From contig JAZNSR010000062.1 in assembly GCA_045591335.1 (NCBI GenBank), positions 1 through 60,898 on the forward strand: DNA of 60,898 nucleotides. The letters are read 5' to 3'. This DNA comes from Faecousia sp. (GTDB taxonomy: Bacteria > Bacillota > Clostridia > Oscillospirales > Oscillospiraceae). Position 1 is the first letter of the stretch; each line of letters begins with the position of its first letter. The translations under genes were made by a program, and so were the position numbers. Of this stretch, positions 31,762 to 40,589 are shown piece by piece. The notes under the pieces were generated by a model. It had not been told where the DNA came from. It saw nothing but the letters and a program-made list of their open reading frames with translations, and searched no databases.

Positions 31762-32097
31762 TTATTCAGATACTGTGTCATCAACCGTAACAACTGTGGT
31801 CTCCGGGACCACTGCTTCCGTAGTTTCGGCCGCAGCTGCTTCTGTGGTTTCTCCCTCAGAAGCCTCCATATTATCCAGCAAAGAAGCGGAATCCGTAGTC
31901 TCCCCAGAGGTTTCTGTAGTTTCTCCGGTAGTCCAATTATCGACCAACAGAAGATTACTGCCGCTGCCGATCACCACAGAGTACCACGCTCCAACCGCTG
32001 TTACCAGCAGGCCCATGCACAAAGCCACACAAACCAAGCAAATCATAACCCGGGCTGCGACGGACTGCGCTTTGAAATTATGAATGAAATCTTTCAT
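31762..32097 (-). CDS. small secreted Thr/Glu-rich protein with SipW-type signal peptide
   Basis: hydrophobic N-term ending TAVGA-WYS; ETTE repeats; GGAGGGG RBS. Confidence 0.6.
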   Translation of the reverse strand: MKDFIHNFKAQSVAARVMICLVCVALCMGLLVTAVGAWYSVVIGSGSNLLLVDNWTTGETTETSGETTDSASLLDNMEASEGETTEAAAAETTEAVVPETTVVTVDDTVSE

Positions 32098-32112
32098 AGT
32101 ATTGCCCCTCCC

Positions 32113-32766
32113 TTACGCCATGGGAGTGCCCGCCTGCTGGGCATACACAGTCAAGCCCAGATCCACCTGCGGAGCTTCTGGCCCGCGGTAGTTGGCAGCA
32201 TTTCCAACCTCTTCCGGCATATAAACCACCAGCGCGGCATAGCGCACCTGACCAGGCTCTACGGTTACCGTATCCACCTGGGAATAAGTATTCAAGCAAT
32301 AGCTTTCCATTTCATTGATGGCATTTTCCTGGGCTAAAGTCCGGGTCAGCTCTGCCTCTGTTGCGCCAAACATCACGCCAAAGCGCAAATACTGGGGCAG
32401 GTGCAGGGTTTCACCATACACATTGATGCTGTCCACATAAGACTGCATATCCACAGACAGCCGATAATCAAACGCCACATTTCCGTTATTTGTGATCTTT
32501 AAATATACTGCCTGGGTATAGCCGGGCTCATAAAGAGCTTCATCGTTGAACACCGGGGTCTGAGGATCCACGGGAGTGTAATCCGTAACCACATCGTTTT
32601 TATACTCCACATCCAGATCCAGCTTACCCACCAGGAAGGTATTTTCCTCCGCTTCCGGCGTATCGGTAAACCAGGCAATGGTTGCGCCGGTACCCAGCAT
32701 GCCCCAAAGGAGCATGATGCAAACAGAGAGGATCAGCGCAACCTTGGAATATTGAATTTTCTTCAC
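32113..32766 (-). CDS. TasA/CalY-family SipW-dependent protein
   Basis: GATIA-WFTD...NTFLVGKLDL, LYEPG, ITNNGNVAFDY, VYAQQ; GTG start. Confidence 0.8.
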   Translation of the reverse strand: MKKIQYSKVALILSVCIMLLWGMLGTGATIAWFTDTPEAEENTFLVGKLDLDVEYKNDVVTDYTPVDPQTPVFNDEALYEPGYTQAVYLKITNNGNVAFDYRLSVDMQSYVDSINVYGETLHLPQYLRFGVMFGATEAELTRTLAQENAINEMESYCLNTYSQVDTVTVEPGQVRYAALVVYMPEEVGNAANYRGPEAPQVDLGLTVYAQQAGTPMA

Positions 32767-32791
32767 GGCCTTCCCCTCCTTTTCCTGCGTA

Positions 32792-33448
32792 TCAACCATT
32801 TTTCGCCTTCTTCTCCTTCTTGCACAGCAGCAGGATCAAGCCCGCCACCGCAGCCGCAGACACAACCGCCAAAGTGCCGTAAAGCACCAGGGGCGTATCA
32901 TCGCCTGTGGGAGTAATGGGAGGATCTGTAGGTTCAACGGGATACTCCTCAACCATAAACTCCCAGTCTAAATAACCAATTTGATTTTTAAAAGTATTAT
33001 CCAGGGTCACGGGAACTTCCAGCAGCACATTCAGATCTGTTTCACCGCCGGAATACAATGTACCCAGGCAGACCCAATCCGTCAGCTGCGCAGTTTCACT
33101 GGCTGCCGCATCAAACAGCAGGGTTTCTGTGCTCTGCTCCACCCGCAGCTCCAGCTGAGAGAGGAACGCTTCAGAATCCGGATGAGCGCCCAATGCGCGC
33201 ATATAGATCTTTACCTTCACTTTATTGGAAACATCATTGCGCACATGGATCGTTTGCTCCAGCACATCACCGGGCATTACATCCTTAAACTCCGGGAACA
33301 GATCTGTGGGAGAATACTCACTGCCGGGCTGGAAAATGAATTCGCCGGAATCGCCGGAATAGATCACATTGCCGTCAGCCGCAGCAACTGTCAACGCAGC
33401 GCTGCAAACAACCATCAAAGCCAGAAGGCACGCAAACATCTTTTTCAT
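32792..33448 (-). CDS. secreted protein with TasA-like core and sortase-type sorting signal
   Basis: Sec signal; DLF..FKDVMPGD...I.VRN; C-term TPTGD + TM + KKEKK. Confidence 0.7.
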   Translation of the reverse strand: MKKMFACLLALMVVCSAALTVAAADGNVIYSGDSGEFIFQPGSEYSPTDLFPEFKDVMPGDVLEQTIHVRNDVSNKVKVKIYMRALGAHPDSEAFLSQLELRVEQSTETLLFDAAASETAQLTDWVCLGTLYSGGETDLNVLLEVPVTLDNTFKNQIGYLDWEFMVEEYPVEPTDPPITPTGDDTPLVLYGTLAVVSAAAVAGLILLLCKKEKKAKNG

Positions 33449-33460
33449 AGAATGCCCTCC

Positions 33461-34018
33461 TTATTCTGCAGGCCAGCCGGTGGCATCCCAGGGATGCTCG
33501 GCGGAATTGTGCTCACTTTGAACTGCATAGGCCTTTACAGTCAGCCCCAAGGTAGTACCGATGTCCTCCCTGCCTACAGCCTCGCCTACAATTTCCACCT
33601 GGGTAAACACAGGCTCTGTGGTCTGGCCGGGCTGCAGGATCCGGTTATAGTAAATAAAACCGTCCTCGCCTACTGTCCAATCAACGGTGTTCAGATCCAC
33701 CCTCAGACAATCCTCCGGCAGCAACGCCGCAGAGGTGGAGGAATTCACCAGCTTCACCCGCAAATAGAAGGGATGGCCGCAGGTGTTTTCCACAGTCACA
33801 CGCTTATCCACCACATCACCGGGGATCACATTCACGCCCTCAGCGGGGAAATCCGCACCGTCCGTTGTTTTTTCATGAATCGTTAAGGCAATATCGCCGG
33901 AGGTCACAACATTGGTAGCCTTGCCCAAAGCGGTATAATACGCCAAAGTTTGCGTAGTGATCAATGCGACCAAAATGGCAACCACCGCAATCAGAGCAAC
34001 TTTCCATCGCTTGTTCAT
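33461..34018 (-). CDS. SipW-dependent TasA/BsaA-like protein
   Basis: QTLA-YYT...NVVTSG, VIPGDVVDKRVTVENT, YLRVKL, AYAVQ. Confidence 0.8.
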   Translation of the reverse strand: MNKRWKVALIAVVAILVALITTQTLAYYTALGKATNVVTSGDIALTIHEKTTDGADFPAEGVNVIPGDVVDKRVTVENTCGHPFYLRVKLVNSSTSAALLPEDCLRVDLNTVDWTVGEDGFIYYNRILQPGQTTEPVFTQVEIVGEAVGREDIGTTLGLTVKAYAVQSEHNSAEHPWDATGWPAE

Positions 34019-34060
34019 GTTGTTACCCTCCTTTCCTAAAATAGAATTTTAATTTGGGGA

Positions 34061-34735
34061 TCAACCCATCACCAGGGCAAAAGCGTCCTGGGCATTGTCG
34101 CCGGTGTTATCGGCCTGCACAGCCTCTGCCACGATATCCATTGTGAACATACCGTTGGGCAGTTTAGCCAAATCTTCCTGGGTCAGCTCAGCGGGAATGA
34201 CCACATGGGTAAACAGCGTCTGTCTGCCAGTGTTTTCTTCATCACTATGGGGCAAAACGCGGTTCAGATAGTAAGTATAGGTAACTTTGCCATTCTCCTC
34301 AGCCTTGCCGTCATAGGTCCACATGGCAGTATCCAGGCCCTTCAGGTTAGCGTTCAGATCACCCTTAACCAGCTCATCCCATTCCTTATCGATGGTCACC
34401 AGCATACGCACATACTGATCATACTTGCCGGTGTTGACTGCAAAGGGCTCTTTCACCAGCTCCGCGCTGGGATAGATCCGCTCATAGTCAAAGCCACCAT
34501 CGGGCACATCGCCCACATCCAAGGTGGCATCCACAATGCCGTCACCATCAGTGTCCACCTTTTCTCTCACATCCACGGAGAAAATATCATCGGGATCACC
34601 GGTGGAGGTTGCCACATGGAACGCATTGTTAACTTCATCAAAATCCGTGAACCAAGCCAGGGTGCTGAAGGACAGAATCGCAATCAAGCACACGGACAAA
34701 GCCAAGACAAATACCTTTTTCCTGTTAAACTTCAT
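34061..34735 (-). CDS. SipW-dependent TasA-like protein
   Basis: STLA-WFTD...NAF, KEP..VNTG...YVR, AEAVQA. Confidence 0.8.
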   Translation of the reverse strand: MKFNRKKVFVLALSVCLIAILSFSTLAWFTDFDEVNNAFHVATSTGDPDDIFSVDVREKVDTDGDGIVDATLDVGDVPDGGFDYERIYPSAELVKEPFAVNTGKYDQYVRMLVTIDKEWDELVKGDLNANLKGLDTAMWTYDGKAEENGKVTYTYYLNRVLPHSDEENTGRQTLFTHVVIPAELTQEDLAKLPNGMFTMDIVAEAVQADNTGDNAQDAFALVMG

Positions 34736-34784
34736 AATCACAGTTTCCTTTCAAATTCAAGCCCAAGCCAAAACCAACGAGGGA

Positions 34785-35486
34785 TCAGCCGGCGAAATCC
34801 GGAATGGTGGGGAATGCGGTATCCAATGCGGTCTTGGCATCGGCAAAGCCCTGGGACTGCACGCCCTGGGTGGCCACCAGCACAGAAACCTTACCAGTCA
34901 CATCGAAATCAGAGAAGTCGTATGCGTTGGTCGCATCGTTCCAGGTGCAGAACTGATCCACGCCCTGGGCATTCTGCTTCCTGTCCACATTGGCATTCAG
35001 ATAAACGCCTTCCAAAAGCACATCAGTGCTTTCGTCCTTATTCAAAGCATTTGCGTAAGTATAAGAGAACACGGTGTAATCCACACCCGCAACAGTGCAG
35101 GTCTGGGTGCCGGCTTCGGCAGTCCAGTTGGCACTGTCGCTGATATCCAGCGTCAGAATATCCACCAGTGCGGTGGGCACAGCAATGTGCGTGCGCACAT
35201 AAGCGGGATTCTCGCCGGTGGAGGTGACCGTCACGATCTTCTCCACATAATTCTCGTCATCGGCAGGATTCTGAGGATCCGCCACAGGCAGCAGGGTCTG
35301 ATCCTGCTCAAAATCCTCCAACTTACCGTTTTCATCATGCTGCTGCTCATTTTGCTGGATCTTCACGCTGCCAAAGGTGAAGGTGTTCTTCACAGAATCG
35401 GTGCTGCTGAACCAGGCATAAGTACCGAAAGACAAAATGGCGATCAAGCATACCGCCAGACTGACGGCAATGATTTTCTTTTTCAT
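34785..35486 (-). CDS. SipW-dependent TasA-like protein
   Basis: GTYA-WFS.TDSVKNTFTFGSVKI, TSTGENPAYVR, QGVQ. Confidence 0.82.
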   Translation of the reverse strand: MKKKIIAVSLAVCLIAILSFGTYAWFSSTDSVKNTFTFGSVKIQQNEQQHDENGKLEDFEQDQTLLPVADPQNPADDENYVEKIVTVTSTGENPAYVRTHIAVPTALVDILTLDISDSANWTAEAGTQTCTVAGVDYTVFSYTYANALNKDESTDVLLEGVYLNANVDRKQNAQGVDQFCTWNDATNAYDFSDFDVTGKVSVLVATQGVQSQGFADAKTALDTAFPTIPDFAG

Positions 35487-35995
35487 TGGGTCTCCTCCTT
35501 TTTCTCCTTCTTTTTCAGAAGGTCCGGCAGAAACACTGCCGCCACCAGCAGCGCCATAGCGCCGATGGTAATGTAGTTCCCCGGTGGGGTTTGGATGAAA
35601 TGGGATACATACCCCAAAAGCGGGATACTGAACACTGGCTTACCGATCAGATTTTTAAAATGTACGGGAGGGTCTAACGGATCGTTTTGATCTCCCTTTG
35701 TGATAAAGCATTCATTCTCCCGGTCGATCTGCACCACCCGATGGGTCGCGACATCCAGATCCTCATTGAGCACAAAAGTGATCACATCGTTCACCTGGAT
35801 ATCATCCGGCTGCGCGGATTTCACATAGATCAGGTCGCCCACAGAATACTGCGGCTCCATGCTGCCGGATATCACATTGAACACCTGCAATCCTACGATC
35901 CGGGCGCCCATGAGCAACACCGCCATAATCAACACGCCAGTAACCACAACGCCGGAGATCACATCCCACACCTTTTTCAGTTTTCCATTGGACAC
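35483..35995 (-). CDS. sipW: signal peptidase I, SipW/archaeal type
   Basis: VISGSMEP, GDLIYV, THRVV, TKGD.N..D. Confidence 0.85.
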   Translation of the reverse strand: MSNGKLKKVWDVISGVVVTGVLIMAVLLMGARIVGLQVFNVISGSMEPQYSVGDLIYVKSAQPDDIQVNDVITFVLNEDLDVATHRVVQIDRENECFITKGDQNDPLDPPVHFKNLIGKPVFSIPLLGYVSHFIQTPPGNYITIGAMALLVAAVFLPDLLKKKEKKEETQ

Positions 35996-36027
35996 GATCT
36001 CACCCCTTTATGGCAGCCATACCGCCT

Positions 36028-37371
36028 TTACTGAAATACCACGCAGTCAGAAACCGTTCTGCCCGCGGGCAGCTCAATGGTCTCAAAGAGCATGAGCCAA
36101 TTTTCCGCTGTCAGCGCTGTGCCGTTCACTTTGCAGTTTTTAAAAGTAACCTTGCAGCCATTGGCCAGCTGGCTCAGATCAATATATTGCTGAGCGGTGA
36201 AGCTGCAGCCATCGAAGGTAGTGTTGCCAAACGGCTTAATGACCCGGTCGTAGGTAGTGCCGCCCCAATAGCTGCCCAGCTGGAAGGTGCAATCGGTGAG
36301 CACTGCGGATTCCAGGCCCTCAAAGGACGCCCAGCCGGCAAAGGTGCTGTTTCTTGCCACAAGCTTCACCGGTGCGCCCGGTTCTGCGGTGCTGATGCTA
36401 TATCCCACGCCGCTGCCGGCAACCGTCAAATTCTCCAGGATCAGATCCTCCTGGGGATTTACAAGTGTAATACTGCGGAAACCGCCGTCGATTTTCAAAT
36501 TCTGAATGGTGCCGCCATTGGTAAGGATACCGTAGATTTCACCGCTGCCGGAAACCGTCAACGCATGTCCGGCGCCATCCAGCAGGCCGCCATCGAGCTT
36601 AAAGCCATAGGGTGTCCCGTTGTGGGCCACTTCTGCCGCAGGTGCGGAGATGTTTGCAGTCAGCTGCACAGCTTCACCGGCTGCCAGCGCAGCAGTCAGC
36701 TCCTGGGCAGTACCCGCCTTTTGATAATCCACATAGCCATCCTGGTTGGCAATCAGCTTCACATGGAAGCTCAGCTGCTGACCCATGATCTGGGTGCTGG
36801 CATCGGAACGCAGCACCAGCGCAATGGAGAAGGTATCCGCATCGTCGGTATTTTTAAGATCACCTTCAAAAACAGCAACCTCATTCCGAACCACCTGGGC
36901 CAAGCTGCCCACATATTGCCAGCCGGCATCCGTCAAAGCACGGGATTCACCGGAACAGGCAAATACATCAAAATATTGCGCCACATCATAAAAGCTTTGA
37001 CTGTTATTTAGAACGGAATTTGCCAGGTCTGCAGCAAGCTGCAATTCGTAGCCAAAAGCAATATTGCCCTTGTTGACCACCGTCAGCACCTCTGCCTGGG
37101 CAGATTCCGGCTTCCACTTGAATGCATTATCAAACACCGCATGATTGGCTGTTACGGGAATCTGCTGACCGTTTTCATGATGCAGCAATTCCACCTGCAA
37201 GGAGCCTACATATATTTGGTTGGCATTACTGCTCACACTGACACTAAACCATGCGAAGGTGGAGCCTACAAACAAAACACAGCAAAGAGCTAAGCAAATC
37301 AAACTGATAATATAACTTCTATAGCTCAGCCGGGTCTTTTCCCGGGCAGCCTCATATTTACCTCTCGCCAT
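36028..37371 (-). CDS. SipW-dependent TasA-like protein with C-terminal beta-helix-like domain
   Basis: STFA-WFS, WKPES, VVNKGNIAFGY, ANQ; C-term short N/T/F.C.F repeats. Confidence 0.75.
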   Translation of the reverse strand: MARGKYEAAREKTRLSYRSYIISLICLALCCVLFVGSTFAWFSVSVSSNANQIYVGSLQVELLHHENGQQIPVTANHAVFDNAFKWKPESAQAEVLTVVNKGNIAFGYELQLAADLANSVLNNSQSFYDVAQYFDVFACSGESRALTDAGWQYVGSLAQVVRNEVAVFEGDLKNTDDADTFSIALVLRSDASTQIMGQQLSFHVKLIANQDGYVDYQKAGTAQELTAALAAGEAVQLTANISAPAAEVAHNGTPYGFKLDGGLLDGAGHALTVSGSGEIYGILTNGGTIQNLKIDGGFRSITLVNPQEDLILENLTVAGSGVGYSISTAEPGAPVKLVARNSTFAGWASFEGLESAVLTDCTFQLGSYWGGTTYDRVIKPFGNTTFDGCSFTAQQYIDLSQLANGCKVTFKNCKVNGTALTAENWLMLFETIELPAGRTVSDCVVFQ

Positions 37372-38132
37372 CAAGCATCCTCCTTCTCAAGCCGAGAAAA
37401 CTCAGCCATTATTTTATCAATATTGGAATCTTCCTGCCGGGTCTCCTCCGGCTGGACCGGGATCTTTTCTCCCTCCGCCAATTGGGCCTTCAGCCGCATC
37501 AGTTCTTCCATCATTTCTTCAGAGCGCTTACGCTCTGCGTCCAACGCTTCCTTTTCTTCCCGGAGCATATTCATCTGCTCCTGCTTATAGCGGCGGAAAA
37601 GCTTCAGGCAATTGAAACCCTGGTATCCGATCAGCAGCAAGCAAGGCAAAAGGATAAACAGCACATACCCCACCGGGGACTTTAGAAAATCGAAGAAATA
37701 GCCCACCTTGGGAAGCTTAAACTGATACTTTCCCAAAACATAAGGAAAGGTCACCATTGCTTCGTCGGTTACACCGGTGGTGGTGCCGTATGTAATGAAT
37801 CCACGGTCCCCATTTTCCATTTTGACCAGGGTCTTGATCTTATGGGTCACGGTTTGACCGAAGCTCTCCGGATTCTGGGAAATAAAGGCAATCACATCGC
37901 CTTCTGCCAGCGTGGTGGGGTCCACCTCTTTGACCAAAACCAGATCACCGGCGCTAAAATCCGTGGCGCTCATGGAATCAGACCGTACAATATATGCTTT
38001 ATATCCAAAAACATCCCGGTCATTACGGTTAAAGGTGTTAACGGAGACGATGGTAAAAATCATCACCGCTACCGTGAAAGCCACAACGACCCAGACGAAA
38101 ATATTAAAAATCTTTTTTAGAATATTGTTCAT
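37371..38132 (-). CDS. sipW: signal peptidase I, SipW type, with C-terminal coiled coil
   Basis: VRSDSM, GDLVLV, VTHKI, TYGTTTGVTD; Glu/Lys/Arg-rich tail. Confidence 0.8.
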   Translation of the reverse strand: MNNILKKIFNIFVWVVVAFTVAVMIFTIVSVNTFNRNDRDVFGYKAYIVRSDSMSATDFSAGDLVLVKEVDPTTLAEGDVIAFISQNPESFGQTVTHKIKTLVKMENGDRGFITYGTTTGVTDEAMVTFPYVLGKYQFKLPKVGYFFDFLKSPVGYVLFILLPCLLLIGYQGFNCLKLFRRYKQEQMNMLREEKEALDAERKRSEEMMEELMRLKAQLAEGEKIPVQPEETRQEDSNIDKIMAEFSRLEKEDA

Positions 38133-38334
38133 AGCTAACTATCCTTGCGGCGCAATTGCGCATAGCAGTGCATATTACACATACTTATAATCATACATTG
38201 AAATTATATGTCCAAACATGCGATAAGTCAAGTGCAGAAAAGTAAATATATGGGCATTCCCTAATTTTTTCAAGTATTGCATTTTTCACAATATGATTGT
38301 AAAATAATAAAAAGCATTATATGGAGGAATGATC

Positions 38335-38856
38335 ATGAAACAGCCAATCAACATTTGGGAATATGCCGGCCGGATCCTGGAGCAGACCGGAAAGGGCGTT
38401 CTTCTGACCACCAAGGCAGAGGGCAAGGTCAACACCATGACCATTGGTTGGGGTACGCTGGGCACCGAATGGGGCAAGCCCATTTATACGGTGTTCGTGC
38501 GTCAAAGCCGCCACACCAAAGCCATGCTGGATGCAAACGGCGAATTTACGGTCAATGTTCCCATGGATGCGATTCCCAAAGATATATTAAGCATCTGCGG
38601 CACACAATCCGGCAGAGATATGGATAAGATCGCGCAGCTGGGGCTGACCCTGGAGGATCCCGAAACCGTTTCTGTCCCCGGCATCAAGGAGCTGCCGCTG
38701 ACGCTGGAATGCAAAGTCATTTATCAGCAGGATCAAGTGCTGGATTCCATTGAAGAAGGCTGCCGCAGCCGCTATTATGCCTCCGGCACAGCCAACGAAG
38801 GGGATTACCACACCGCTTACTATGGTCTGATCACCGCTGCCTATATCATTCAATAA
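38335..38856 (+). CDS. flavin reductase-like (flavoredoxin) protein
   Basis: NTMTIGWG, VRQSRHT, GTQSGRD.DK, LECK. Confidence 0.82.
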   Translation: MKQPINIWEYAGRILEQTGKGVLLTTKAEGKVNTMTIGWGTLGTEWGKPIYTVFVRQSRHTKAMLDANGEFTVNVPMDAIPKDILSICGTQSGRDMDKIAQLGLTLEDPETVSVPGIKELPLTLECKVIYQQDQVLDSIEEGCRSRYYASGTANEGDYHTAYYGLITAAYIIQ

Positions 38857-38869
38857 AGGAAGTTTTACC

Positions 38870-39883
38870 ATGTATAACATTGGCGTTTTGGGCGCCGGCA
38901 CCTGGGGCATTGCCCTGGCCCGAATGCTCAGCAACAACGGTCACGCAGTTACCGTATGGTCTGCCATCGAAAAAGAAGTAGAGGATCTTGCCGCTACCCG
39001 GCAGCATCCCAATCTTCCCGGCATGACCATTCCCCAGGCAATCCTATTCACAAAAGACATAGCCACCGCCTGCAGTGGCAAGGATGTGCTGCTGTTTGCA
39101 GTCCCCTCCCCCTTTGTCCGCAGCACCGCCAGAAGGGCTGCCCCCTATATTCCCAACGGGCAGGTGATCGTGGATGTGGCAAAGGGCATGGAGGCAGATA
39201 CCTTTTTTACCATGACCCAGATTATCGCCCATGAGCTGCAAAATCCCACAATAAAGCTGGTGGCACTGTCCGGGCCTACCCATGCTGAGGAGGTGGCGCG
39301 GGATCTGCCCACCACCATCGTTTCCGCCTGCGAGGATATGGACACCGCCCAATTCGTGCAAAATGTATTTTGGGGCACCTGCCTGCGGGTATATACCAAC
39401 GAAGATGTTTTGGGCGTGGAGCTTTGCGGCGCCATGAAAAACATTATTGCTTTGGCTGCCGGCGTTGCCGTTGGATTGGGGCTGGGGGATAATACCAAAG
39501 CCGCATTGATCACCCGGGGCATGGCTGAGATCGCCCGGCTGGGCACTGCTATGGGCTGCGATGAACACACCTTCGGCGGATTGGCAGGCATTGGTGATCT
39601 GATCGTTACCGCTACCAGCGTTCACAGCCGCAACAACCGCTGCGGCATGCTGCTGGGTCAGGGTGTTGCGGTTGCAGATGCCGTAAAACAAGTAGGCATG
39701 GTGGTGGAAGGCTTAAACGCCCTGCCCGCAGCCATGCGGCTAAAGGAAAAATACCAGGTGGAAATGCCCATTGTGGAAGCAGTCAATTCCATTGTGAACC
39801 ACGGCGTTGCCCCTGCGGATGCGGTACGCATGCTTATGGACAGAGGCAAAAAGCCGGAGATCCAGATCCCCACCAACCTATAA
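38870..39883 (+). CDS. gpsA: NAD(P)H-dependent glycerol-3-phosphate dehydrogenase
   Basis: GAGTWG, SGPTHAEEV, GAMKNII, GDLIVTATS.HSRN. Confidence 0.93.
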   Translation: MYNIGVLGAGTWGIALARMLSNNGHAVTVWSAIEKEVEDLAATRQHPNLPGMTIPQAILFTKDIATACSGKDVLLFAVPSPFVRSTARRAAPYIPNGQVIVDVAKGMEADTFFTMTQIIAHELQNPTIKLVALSGPTHAEEVARDLPTTIVSACEDMDTAQFVQNVFWGTCLRVYTNEDVLGVELCGAMKNIIALAAGVAVGLGLGDNTKAALITRGMAEIARLGTAMGCDEHTFGGLAGIGDLIVTATSVHSRNNRCGMLLGQGVAVADAVKQVGMVVEGLNALPAAMRLKEKYQVEMPIVEAVNSIVNHGVAPADAVRMLMDRGKKPEIQIPTNL

Positions 39884-39967
39884 ACCGCCTTACTTTTTCT
39901 AAAACCGACCACCGGATGAATCATCCGTGGCGGTTGGGATATACTAAATACTCAGGAGGATATTATT

Positions 39968-40507
39968 ATGGCTAACAAATACGCTGGTACTCAGACCGAG
40001 CAAAATCTGCGGGCTGCCTTTTCCGGTGAGTCCGAAGCACGGAACAAGTATACCTACTTTGCTTCCAAGGCAAAAAAGGAAGGCTATGAGCAGATCGCTG
40101 CTCTGTTCCAAAAAACCGCTGACAATGAAAAAGAGCACGCCAAACTGTGGTTTAAGGAGCTGGAGGGCATTGGCTCTACCGCCGAAAACCTGCTGAACGC
40201 CGCTCTGGGCGAGAACTACGAATGGACAGATATGTACGCAGGCTTTGCCGAAACCGCGGAAAAAGAAGGCTTCCCCGAGCTGGCTGCCAAGTTCCGTCTG
40301 GTGGCCGCCATTGAAAAGCATCACGAGGAGCGCTACCGCGCCCTGCTTTCCAATGTGGAGACCGCTCAGGTCTTTGAAAAGAGCGAAGTCAAGGTTTGGG
40401 AATGCCGCAACTGCGGTCATATTATGGTAGGCACCAAGGCTCCCGACATCTGCCCCACCTGCGACCATCCCCAGGCTTATTTCGAGGTCAACGCGAAAAA
40501 CTATTGA
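39968..40507 (+). CDS. rbr: rubrerythrin
   Basis: [27 protein letters not shown]...CPTCDHP. Confidence 0.92.
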   Translation: MANKYAGTQTEQNLRAAFSGESEARNKYTYFASKAKKEGYEQIAALFQKTADNEKEHAKLWFKELEGIGSTAENLLNAALGENYEWTDMYAGFAETAEKEGFPELAAKFRLVAAIEKHHEERYRALLSNVETAQVFEKSEVKVWECRNCGHIMVGTKAPDICPTCDHPQAYFEVNAKNY

Positions 40508-40531
40508 TCCGGCGCGCAATAAACTGCAAAC

Positions 40532-40565
40532 AAAGTGGGCATCACAAATGTGGTGCCCACTTTTT
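40532..40565. terminator. terminator after rbr
   Basis: aaagtgggcatcaca/tgtggtgcccacttt + T run. Confidence 0.75.
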
Positions 40566-40589
40566 CTAAATATATTTACTTGCGCAATC

